Shown here one piece after another: positions 56,933-64,000 of a DNA stretch of 64,000 nucleotides. The notes beneath the pieces were generated by a model. The model had not been told where the DNA came from. It worked only from the letters and a program-made list of their open reading frames with translations, and searched no databases. Every line of letters begins with the position of its first letter. Positions within the stretch are counted from its first letter, which is position 1. A program made the translations under genes and the position numbers. Source of the stretch: an uncultured Gammaproteobacteria bacterium (GTDB taxonomy: Bacteria; Patescibacteriota; Patescibacteriia; Magasanikbacterales; GWA2-37-8); NCBI GenBank assembly GCA_964535515.1, contig CAZHTA010000002.1:684-64683 (forward strand), read 5' to 3'.

Positions 56933-59011
56933 TTATTCCCAATGTACCCTGTCCATCTTCTTGAAGCCTTTTAAAATCTGTGGGTAATTTTTGGGATTTT
57001 CCACTATCTTTAATGCCCAAACTCTTGCGTCTTTTATTATCTCCCGATCTCCTAAAGTCGCCAACTTTAAATCCATCTGTCCACTTTGCTCAATACCATA
57101 TACTACACCCGGACCACGTTTAGATAGATCGTATTCTGCTAATTTAAAACCATCTAAGTTCTTTTCAAAAAAATTCAATCTTTCTAATACACTACTACTA
57201 CCATTTTCAGAAAAAACTAAACAATATGATTGATGAATACTTCTCCCAACACGACCACGAAATTGATGCAGCTGTGCTAAACCAAATCGCTCCGCGCTTT
57301 CAATCATCATCACGCTAGCATTTGGAATATCTACCCCCACTTCCACCACCGCAGTTGAAACCAAAATATCAATCGTGCCATTTTTAAACTTACTCATTAC
57401 CTCTTCTTTTTCTTTACCTAACATCTTGCCGTGTAAATATCCAACCCTTAAATCTGGAAAGATTTGTTTTGATAATTTTTCATATTCTGTCAATACACTC
57501 TTCTTTTCGCTCCCTAAATTTGTATCCTCAATTAATGGACAAACCACAAATGCCTGACGGCCGCTTTTAACTTGCGCCCGGATAAAATCATACGCCTTAA
57601 CACGATTAGAAGATTCAACAACACGAGTGATAATCGATTTTCTACCGACTGGTAATTCATTAATTACTGACAAATCTAAATCACCATAGACAGTTAAAGC
57701 CAAAGAACGCGGAATTGGTGTCGCCGTCATACTTAAAAAATGTGGTTTTGTTTTAACCGCCGTTTTTTCCTTTAACGCTTTTCTTTGTTCTACTCCGAAA
57801 CGATGCTGCTCATCTACTACAACTAATCCTAAATTTCTAAAGCTAATATTCTCACTCAACAGAGCATGCGTGCCAACTACCAAAGTAACCCTGCCGTTAT
57901 TAATATTTTCAAACACTTGCTTTTTTTGTTTAGCAAAACTAATGTCCTCGTCGCCCACCTCACCACTAATCTTTGCCTGACTCCTGGTTAACAAACCAAT
58001 TTTAACAGGTGTGCCAGAAAACAGCTGATTTAAAGAATTAAAATGTTGGCTGGCCAGAATCTCGGTTGGAACCATAAAAACTGTCTGCAGACCATTTAAA
58101 GCGGTATTGTACCCTGCCAGAGCCGCGACCACGGTTTTGCCCGAACCAACATCACCTGACAACAAACGATTCATTGGATGACCTTTCCCTAAATCACCTA
58201 AAATCTCCCAAGCAGAAATTTTCTGTGATTTAGTTAAAGTGAACGGCAAGCGATCAACAAATTCTTTAATCTCCTTTTCTTGAAATTTGATCACTGGCGC
58301 TTTTTCCTTTTCTCGACGTGATCGTTCAATAGCAGAATGTATCTGCAAAGAAAGAAGTTCGTCAAATTTGAGACGACGCAAACACTCAGCCAAATCTTTT
58401 TCGTCAGTAGGAAAATGCAGCCCTTTAATCGCATTACCAATTGGTATCAAATCTTCACCTTCTAAAATATCGTTTGGCAACCACTCTGGGATCTTACTGA
58501 CTAAAGGCAACACCTGACTAATTAGGAAACGTAATTGCTTTTCCGTTAAACCTGCAGTCAATGGATACACTGGTACTAATCGAGCAGTGTGAGTTGTTTC
58601 TTTTTTCCCAATCTTTTCATACACTGGGCTAACAAATTGTGCTCCCAACATATCAAGTGATACTTTGCCAGACAAAGAAATACCATCGCCAATTTTTAAC
58701 ACGCGTGTTATGTATGGTTGGTTAAACCAAACCACTCGAACCGCACCGGTCTCATCTTCGATCAAAGCTTCAGTAATAATCTTCCGAGTTTTAAAACTAC
58801 GTCGGCTAGCAATCAAATTTACTCGGCCGCTAACAGTAACGGTTTCATCTGATTTCAAATCTTTAATCATTACCACCTTACGAAAATCGTCATAACGAAA
58901 AGGAAAGTAATACAAAAGATCCTGGGCAGTTTTAATACCCAGATTGTTCAATTTTTTTACCAGCACTTTACCTACACGATTGAGTTGTGAAACCGAAGTA
59001 GAAAGATCCAT
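56933..59011 (-). CDS. recG: ATP-dependent DNA helicase RecG
   Basis: Wedge domain plus helicase motifs (GDVGSGKT, DEQHRFG, C-terminal helicase domain). Confidence 0.9.
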   Translation of the reverse strand: MDLSTSVSQLNRVGKVLVKKLNNLGIKTAQDLLYYFPFRYDDFRKVVMIKDLKSDETVTVSGRVNLIASRRSFKTRKIITEALIEDETGAVRVVWFNQPYITRVLKIGDGISLSGKVSLDMLGAQFVSPVYEKIGKKETTHTARLVPVYPLTAGLTEKQLRFLISQVLPLVSKIPEWLPNDILEGEDLIPIGNAIKGLHFPTDEKDLAECLRRLKFDELLSLQIHSAIERSRREKEKAPVIKFQEKEIKEFVDRLPFTLTKSQKISAWEILGDLGKGHPMNRLLSGDVGSGKTVVAALAGYNTALNGLQTVFMVPTEILASQHFNSLNQLFSGTPVKIGLLTRSQAKISGEVGDEDISFAKQKKQVFENINNGRVTLVVGTHALLSENISFRNLGLVVVDEQHRFGVEQRKALKEKTAVKTKPHFLSMTATPIPRSLALTVYGDLDLSVINELPVGRKSIITRVVESSNRVKAYDFIRAQVKSGRQAFVVCPLIEDTNLGSEKKSVLTEYEKLSKQIFPDLRVGYLHGKMLGKEKEEVMSKFKNGTIDILVSTAVVEVGVDIPNASVMMIESAERFGLAQLHQFRGRVGRSIHQSYCLVFSENGSSSVLERLNFFEKNLDGFKLAEYDLSKRGPGVVYGIEQSGQMDLKLATLGDREIIKDARVWALKIVENPKNYPQILKGFKKMDRVHWE

Positions 59012-59334
59012 ACGTTTGTTAGTCCATTATATCAAATACCGAACAAATTGGGGAGACAAAAATATCCTGGCTTATGGCCAGGATATTTAAGTTCCACACA
59101 ACAGAGAAACGGCTTCCTCCCACCCCTTTCTCTCTCTAAAAGAGGCGAGAGGAAGGGGGACATATTCCCCACTTCCAAGTTCTTTAACTAAATACCTGCG
59201 AACAGATAGTCAATCAAAGACCCGTCACTTTATCATTTTACTTGCAGATTGTCAATCTGAAATGGATAACTCTACGCACAGTTTTCAATTTCTTTTTTAA
59301 GATGAACCTAAATTTGGCTAAAATATACCTATTT

Positions 59335-59378
59335 ACTGTCAAAATATATTTGACAGTTGTTCAGTTTTGTGATATATT
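59335..59378 (+). promoter_or_regulatory. promoter TTGACA(59350-59355)-17nt-TATATT(59373-59378) overlapped by a perfect palindrome ACTGTCAAA-atatat-TTGACAGT (59335-59357): candidate autoregulatory operator
   Basis: 9-bp arms read directly; the -35 element is embedded in the right arm. A second palindrome CAGATTG-t-CAATCTG lies at 59245-59259. Confidence 0.45.
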
Positions 59379-59400
59379 GCCATTAATAACAAACAATAAC

Positions 59401-60168
59401 ATGTATAAAAAACTACTATCCAGCCTAGGGTTAAATGATAATGAGTCTACCTTATACGAAATTTTACTATCCCAAGGCCCTCAAACCGCCAAACAGCTCT
59501 TAGGTAAAATTGCTCTAACTAGGAGCAACATCTACAACGTGATGGGCAATTTAACTAAATTGGGCTTAATCACTGAAGCTAAAGATCGGTCAGGAAGAAC
59601 AATCTTCCGTGCCGAACCGCCAGCAAAACTAGAAAGCATCCTCACTGAAAAAGAACAAGAACTAACTCTTGCCAAACGAGAATTAAACACTTGCCTACCG
59701 TCATTAGAGCAAATGTTTGTTTACACCCAAGATCGACCGGTTGTAAAATATTATGAAGGATACGAAAAAGTAAAAAAGATTTATGAAGAAACTTTGCTTG
59801 ATAAACCCGAAGAAATTTGGGCGATTGTCTCAATGTATAGCTTTAAATTAATGGATGGATATTTATCAGAGTATTCAAAAAAAAGAAAAAATTTAAATAT
59901 TAAAACAAAAATAATCTCCAGTCGCGAAATCACACCAGAAATGTTGGAACAAGATGTAAAACTAAACAAAGAACGTCGTTTTTATCAAACATCATTTCCG
60001 ACGGAAATAAATATCTTTAAAAACAAAGTAGCGCTAATTTCTTATCGAGAAAAAGTGTTAGGCATGATAATTGAAGATAAGGACTACGCTGACACTATGC
60101 GTATTTTGTTTATGGGCCTTTGGTCAACAGCAGAAAATCCTTACTTGGGTAAAACAAAAAATAACTAA
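59401..60168 (+). CDS. TrmB-family-like HTH transcriptional regulator
   Basis: N-terminal winged-helix region (STLYEILLSQGPQTAKQLLGKIALTRSNIYNVMGNLTKLGLI). Start at MYKKLL (the track start at 59242 reads through the promoter). Confidence 0.55.
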   Translation: MYKKLLSSLGLNDNESTLYEILLSQGPQTAKQLLGKIALTRSNIYNVMGNLTKLGLITEAKDRSGRTIFRAEPPAKLESILTEKEQELTLAKRELNTCLPSLEQMFVYTQDRPVVKYYEGYEKVKKIYEETLLDKPEEIWAIVSMYSFKLMDGYLSEYSKKRKNLNIKTKIISSREITPEMLEQDVKLNKERRFYQTSFPTEINIFKNKVALISYREKVLGMIIEDKDYADTMRILFMGLWSTAENPYLGKTKNN

Positions 60169-60178
60169 AATCTAAAAT

Positions 60179-61042
60179 ATGCTAGACCAAACAAGAGAAC
60201 TGCCAACAGACGCAACCAAAGAATTTAAAAAACCCAACTACACTTTGGAAATAAACCAGGAATTCTTAAATTTTCGTGAAATGAAAACCACCAAAGAAGA
60301 AGATCGGCCATGGAAAAAAATACCCATAGAATTAAGTGTTACCAAAGCAGACGGCACGATAGTTGAAAAACTAAACGCCAATACACCCTTCTTTACTTTT
60401 CATGATGCCAACGGTAATTTTATTACCGTCCCTGCTGACGTTGCTGGACATATCAACGAACTACATATTCAAGGCAAAGATGATGGTAGTAAATTTAACG
60501 AACCTTCCCTCGTTGATTTGTTCAATGATGCAGCCGCTAAAATGCCCGAGGGAATTGCTGATCGACCAGGAATTTTTTCTTTGGACGTTGAAATGGGTAA
60601 ATCAATGGGCAAAGAAGGGGTGGCATCCACACAAGAATTACTATCCGACGGTATTTTAAACGAATCCGATATTACCACCGCTAATAAAATGAAGGATGAG
60701 GTTAAACAACTTAACCAATATGGCGACGAAGAAGCCAAACGAATTTTTATAGAAATATTTAAAAAAGAAAATCCTAATTGCAAAATTCAATTTCAACTCA
60801 TACGTAATTTAGTTCTAGTTCCAACCGTCTCTACGCCCAAACGAAGCACAACTAAATTATTTATGATGTTTGGACCAAATGCACATGAACAAAACAAATC
60901 TCTTTATACTGCCGCACCCGGACGCAACATGCCAAGGCACCCAAACCCAGGAGAACATACAACTCACGAAGGTGTGTTTAACCAAGAAACTTTTGACGAA
61001 TCAGCCGACGCTTGGTTTGATACAGTACTATTAATTGGATAA
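60179..61042 (+). CDS. hypothetical protein (287 aa)
   Basis: ORF track. No recognised domain. Confidence 0.45.
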   Translation: MLDQTRELPTDATKEFKKPNYTLEINQEFLNFREMKTTKEEDRPWKKIPIELSVTKADGTIVEKLNANTPFFTFHDANGNFITVPADVAGHINELHIQGKDDGSKFNEPSLVDLFNDAAAKMPEGIADRPGIFSLDVEMGKSMGKEGVASTQELLSDGILNESDITTANKMKDEVKQLNQYGDEEAKRIFIEIFKKENPNCKIQFQLIRNLVLVPTVSTPKRSTTKLFMMFGPNAHEQNKSLYTAAPGRNMPRHPNPGEHTTHEGVFNQETFDESADAWFDTVLLIG

Positions 61043-61075
61043 CAAAAAACCACCTTAATGGTGGTCTTAAAAAAA

Positions 61076-61531
61076 CTAATCCATTGGTCTCATCACATCT
61101 GGCGGTATTTTTTTGGCTGCATCATTAATCAGATCTTGAATATCGCTCATGTCTATTCTTTCGCTCGAATTACCTTGTGCCCGATTAATTTCTGCTTGCG
61201 TCAACTTCTGCCCAATTGAAGCATCGATCACATTCCACTCTGTCTGATTGCCTTTGAATACCCCCTCTTCACCATCAGCAGCAAACTCCCGAATCTTCTT
61301 TTGCATCCCATTCCAAAAACCACCAAGATACGCCCGTTTTTGTTCGCTATCTTCGGGCACGCCCGGAATACCAAGAAATTCACCTCCCGGTTGTACAATT
61401 TTTATCATTTCTTGTCCCCCAACAAACTTGCCCTGTTCTCTAACGGAATATAAATCCTCCGGAGAACTAATAGCTTCGGTTGATGGTGGAGGTGGTTGAT
61501 ACCCTCTATTATCTACATGACCAAAAGCCAT
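61076..61531 (-). CDS. hypothetical protein (151 aa)
   Basis: ORF track. No recognised domain. Confidence 0.45.
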   Translation of the reverse strand: MAFGHVDNRGYQPPPPSTEAISSPEDLYSVREQGKFVGGQEMIKIVQPGGEFLGIPGVPEDSEQKRAYLGGFWNGMQKKIREFAADGEEGVFKGNQTEWNVIDASIGQKLTQAEINRAQGNSSERIDMSDIQDLINDAAKKIPPDVMRPMD

Positions 61532-61547
61532 ATATAAATATTATGTG

Positions 61548-61619
61548 TGCGCCCATTAGGAGTCGAACCTAAATTTTCGGCTTCGCAGGCCAATGTCCTA
61601 TCCATTGAACGAAGAGCGC
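61548..61619 (-). tRNA. tRNA-Arg (anticodon GCG)
   Basis: Hand fold of the reverse complement: acceptor GCGCUCU/UGGGCGC (one mismatch at 7:66), D-arm GUUC-AAUGGAUA-GGAC, anticodon stem UUGGC/GCCGA with loop cuGCGaa, T-arm UUAGG-UUCGACU-CCUAA. Confidence 0.6.
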
Positions 61620-61690
61620 TTGAAAAAATTAACCCCGCTCCACCAACCAGCTAAACTAGTTTAAGTAGAGCGGAGTTAATTTTATTGGTT

Positions 61691-62194
61691 TTATAATTTA
61701 AATAAACGACTAATACGATCACTTAATGGTTCCTCTTCTTGTTCTAGATCTTCTTCGATAAACTGATTTAGGTGGTCACGAATTGGGCGAGGGTCATTTT
61801 CTAACAATGGTACCTGTACCCGATGACGCACCACTCCATTTAAACCAAAATACAAATTTTTTATTGCTGGTGGATCATAGATCATCCAAAAACTAGTAAA
61901 CTCACTAAACCGATAAAACTTCTTACCAATAACAACGCCTGTTTCTGTAATCACTACTGGAACCTCCATCGGTTCCACCATATCATGCATGAACAAAATT
62001 ATTCCAAACAACACTAGCACCAAAGCAAACAAGTAGTTGCCGCTGATAAGAGCATAGCCTACCAAAGACACACCAATGATACCCATTAAAGTATACCAAC
62101 GACGGTCACGCTCATGCTGCTCATACTCTTTCACAGTCCATTCAAAGACAACGTCGCCGATGTCTATTTCATTTTTAATTATGTCTTGAGGCAT
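61691..62194 (-). CDS. two-TM membrane protein with bacterial PH-like C-terminal domain (YdbS/YdbT-like), start uncertain
   Basis: Two hydrophobic helices (LMGIIGVSLVGYALISG, FALVLVLFGIILF) followed by a soluble domain. The track start at 62245 abuts the tRNA, so the ATG at 62194 (MPQDIIK) is preferred. Confidence 0.4.
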   Translation of the reverse strand: MPQDIIKNEIDIGDVVFEWTVKEYEQHERDRRWYTLMGIIGVSLVGYALISGNYLFALVLVLFGIILFMHDMVEPMEVPVVITETGVVIGKKFYRFSEFTSFWMIYDPPAIKNLYFGLNGVVRHRVQVPLLENDPRPIRDHLNQFIEEDLEQEEEPLSDRISRLFKL

Positions 62195-62254
62195 ATTATT
62201 ATTAAAGATGAGAAAAATTGAGGCCCCAGACGAAAATCCCTCCACTCATCTTTG

Positions 62255-62328
62255 TGGACAATACAGGACTCGAACCTGTGACCTCTTGAATGTGAATCAA
62301 GCGCTCTAACCAGCTGAGCTAATTATCC
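62255..62328 (-). tRNA. tRNA-Val (anticodon CAC)
   Basis: Hand fold of the reverse complement: acceptor GGAUAAU/AUUGUCC (one G-U pair), D-arm GCUC..GAGC, anticodon loop uuCACau, T-arm ACAGG-UUCGAGU-CCUGU. Confidence 0.65.
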
Positions 62329-62406
62329 CTATTTTATCAAAACAGTGGCGGGTATAGCAAGAACATTGTAACATAATATATTTAAAAAATCAAGATATCC
62401 GCCAAT

Positions 62407-63915
62407 TTGAACCATTTTACAATCTATGATACAATGATCAGTGTTATGGATACTGAAAATCGCATCAATTTCTTGCAACCACAACCACTAACCCCAACCC
62501 CTGAACCGCGCCGTCCCAAAAAGGCCGGGTTATTTTTTATTTTCCTCATAATCGCCTTCTTTTTGGTAGGTTATGGCTATCGCCAATACTCCTTAAACGA
62601 ATGGCCAAAAGAGGCGAACGGCTATGATCCAGTCACCTTAAAACCTAAAAAGACTAGCGTTTTCCAAGTAGTAAAAAACTTTGTTTTCCACTCTGACAAC
62701 CTTTTGGTAGGACAAGACAAAGACAGAGTCAATATTCTACTTTTAGGCATGGGCGGCGCTGGGCATGACGGACCGTATTTGACTGATACCAATATCATCT
62801 TAAGCGTCCAACCTAGCACTAAACAACTTGCCATGGTTTCTGTACCACGTGATTTGGGGGTTAATATTAGTGATGGAATTAGAAAAATTAACTACGCTAA
62901 CGCTTTTGGCGAAGCCAACAATCCTGGAACCGGCGGTGAATACGCTCGCCAAATATTTCAAAAAACCTTTAATCTGGACATCCCCTACTATGTCCGGGTG
63001 GATTTTAAAGCCTTTGAAGAATTAATCAACGAAGTAGGTGGGGTAACTGTTGATGTCACTCGCGCCTTTACTGATTCACAATTCCCTGGCCCTAACCATT
63101 CTTATCAAACAATCATCTTCGAAGCCGGTAACCAATCAATGAACGGCGAACGTGCGTTACAATACGCTCGCAGTCGACACGGTAATAACGGTGAGGGATC
63201 AGATTTTGCTCGCGCTCGTCGTCAACAACAAATCTTAACTGCCCTTAAAGAAAAACTTTTATCTTTTGGCACTTACACCAACCCAATCCGAGTACAAAAT
63301 ATTTTACAAACACTTTCAGAACACATCACCACTAATTTAGATTTTGGCCAATTAATGTATTTAGCAAATTTAGGGCGTGAAGCCAATGAAGGAATCAAGA
63401 TGTTAGTGTTAGACAATGGCAACACAGGTTTCCTAAACTCTTCAATCGCCCCCTCCGGCGCTTTTATTCTTTCTCCTCGCACTGGTAATTACGACAACAT
63501 TAAATTAGCAAAAAAAAACATTTTTAGTGATGAAATTGCCCAGACTGCTCCACCAACTCCAATCGAAAATCAATCAATTTTCCCAACCGCTAAAATTGAA
63601 ATTCAAAATGGCACCTGGATCCCTGGGTTGGCCGCTTTAGTACAAAAGAAACTACAAGACACTGGCTTCACTGTTTTAGCACCCGGCAATAGTGCACAGC
63701 GTCCTTGGGATAAGACTTACATTTACGTCATAAAAAAGAACATCGCGCCAGAAATCACCAACGCGATTGCTAATGAATTAAGCGCCGAGGTAAAAACCGG
63801 CCTGCCAAGTTGGTTGCCGTTGGTTAACACTAGCACCATATCCGCAACGGAAAATATCGGGTATAATAAAGAAGCAGACATTCTAATTATTTTAGGAACT
63901 GATACTAAACAATAA
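62407..63915 (+). CDS. LytR-CpsA-Psr (LCP) family cell-wall polymer transferase, membrane-anchored
   Basis: TM anchor, LCP core (VNILLLGMGGAGHDGPYLTDTNIILSV, PRDLGVNI, NYANAFGE, RALQYARSRHG), C-terminal LytR_C-like domain. Confidence 0.8.
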   Translation: MNHFTIYDTMISVMDTENRINFLQPQPLTPTPEPRRPKKAGLFFIFLIIAFFLVGYGYRQYSLNEWPKEANGYDPVTLKPKKTSVFQVVKNFVFHSDNLLVGQDKDRVNILLLGMGGAGHDGPYLTDTNIILSVQPSTKQLAMVSVPRDLGVNISDGIRKINYANAFGEANNPGTGGEYARQIFQKTFNLDIPYYVRVDFKAFEELINEVGGVTVDVTRAFTDSQFPGPNHSYQTIIFEAGNQSMNGERALQYARSRHGNNGEGSDFARARRQQQILTALKEKLLSFGTYTNPIRVQNILQTLSEHITTNLDFGQLMYLANLGREANEGIKMLVLDNGNTGFLNSSIAPSGAFILSPRTGNYDNIKLAKKNIFSDEIAQTAPPTPIENQSIFPTAKIEIQNGTWIPGLAALVQKKLQDTGFTVLAPGNSAQRPWDKTYIYVIKKNIAPEITNAIANELSAEVKTGLPSWLPLVNTSTISATENIGYNKEADILIILGTDTKQ

Positions 63916-63916
63916 T

Positions 63917-64000
63917 ATGCCTACACCAGCTAAAATTATCGAGACTACCCTCCCGACAGTAGCAATTGTCGGCCGAGTCAATGTGGGAAAATCCACTCTG
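63917..64000 (+). CDS. der: ribosome-biogenesis GTPase Der (EngA), 5' partial; runs off the window
   Basis: MPTPAKIIETTLPTVAIVGRVNVGKST matches the Der N-terminal G1 P-loop. Confidence 0.7.
   Translation, partial: MPTPAKIIETTLPTVAIVGRVNVGKSTL

Noticed and set aside
1-64000. CRISPR arrays, rRNA genes, transposase or integrase genes
   Set aside because: No regularly spaced direct repeats, no rRNA-like conserved stretches, and no ORF with transposase, integrase or recombinase motifs was seen. The only repeat is the paralogue gene-conversion tract at 51985-52327 and 53707-54047.

Overview
The window reads as a low-GC (by eye about 35-40%), gene-dense bacterial chromosome segment with short intergenic regions, many bidirectional intrinsic terminators and housekeeping genes on both strands. 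Recognisable genes include a SEDS RodA/FtsW, gyrB with an in-frame intein, secE-nusG-rplK, queA, mltG, gmk, rplS, uvrA, secG, RNase J, trpB, RNase P RNA, clpC, radA, recG, an LCP-family protein, the start of der, and five tRNAs. The gene content (intein-bearing gyrB, many Cys-rich secreted proteins flanked by DsbA-like genes, heavy envelope and glycosyltransferase investment) is consistent with a small-genome bacterium such as Patescibacteria/CPR; that placement is inference only. The most striking feature is five sharply bounded GC-rich islands (by eye about 55-65% GC) in intergenic positions, each with its own promoter and/or terminator. Island A carries a roughly 650-nt heavily structured, non-coding transcript with promoter and terminators, a candidate large ncRNA I cannot assign to a known class, plus a small GC-rich ORF. 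Island B carries a membrane-anchored CHAP peptidoglycan hydrolase and a 4-TM protein, a lysis-cassette-like pair. Islands C and D carry single hypothetical genes. Island E carries two overlapping small genes, a toxin-antitoxin-like pair. Other notable items: a family of three Cys-rich secreted proteins sharing a two-TM VirB2/TrbC-like module fused to C39-peptidase or lytic-transglycosylase domains, with a tandem pair showing a near-identical gene-conversion tract; a leader-peptide (Trp-Trp) attenuator upstream of a solitary trpB; an HNH-type intein in gyrB; a tRNA-Ile with a UAU anticodon; and a palindromic operator overlapping the promoter of a TrmB-like regulator. No CRISPR arrays, rRNA genes or canonical transposases were seen.
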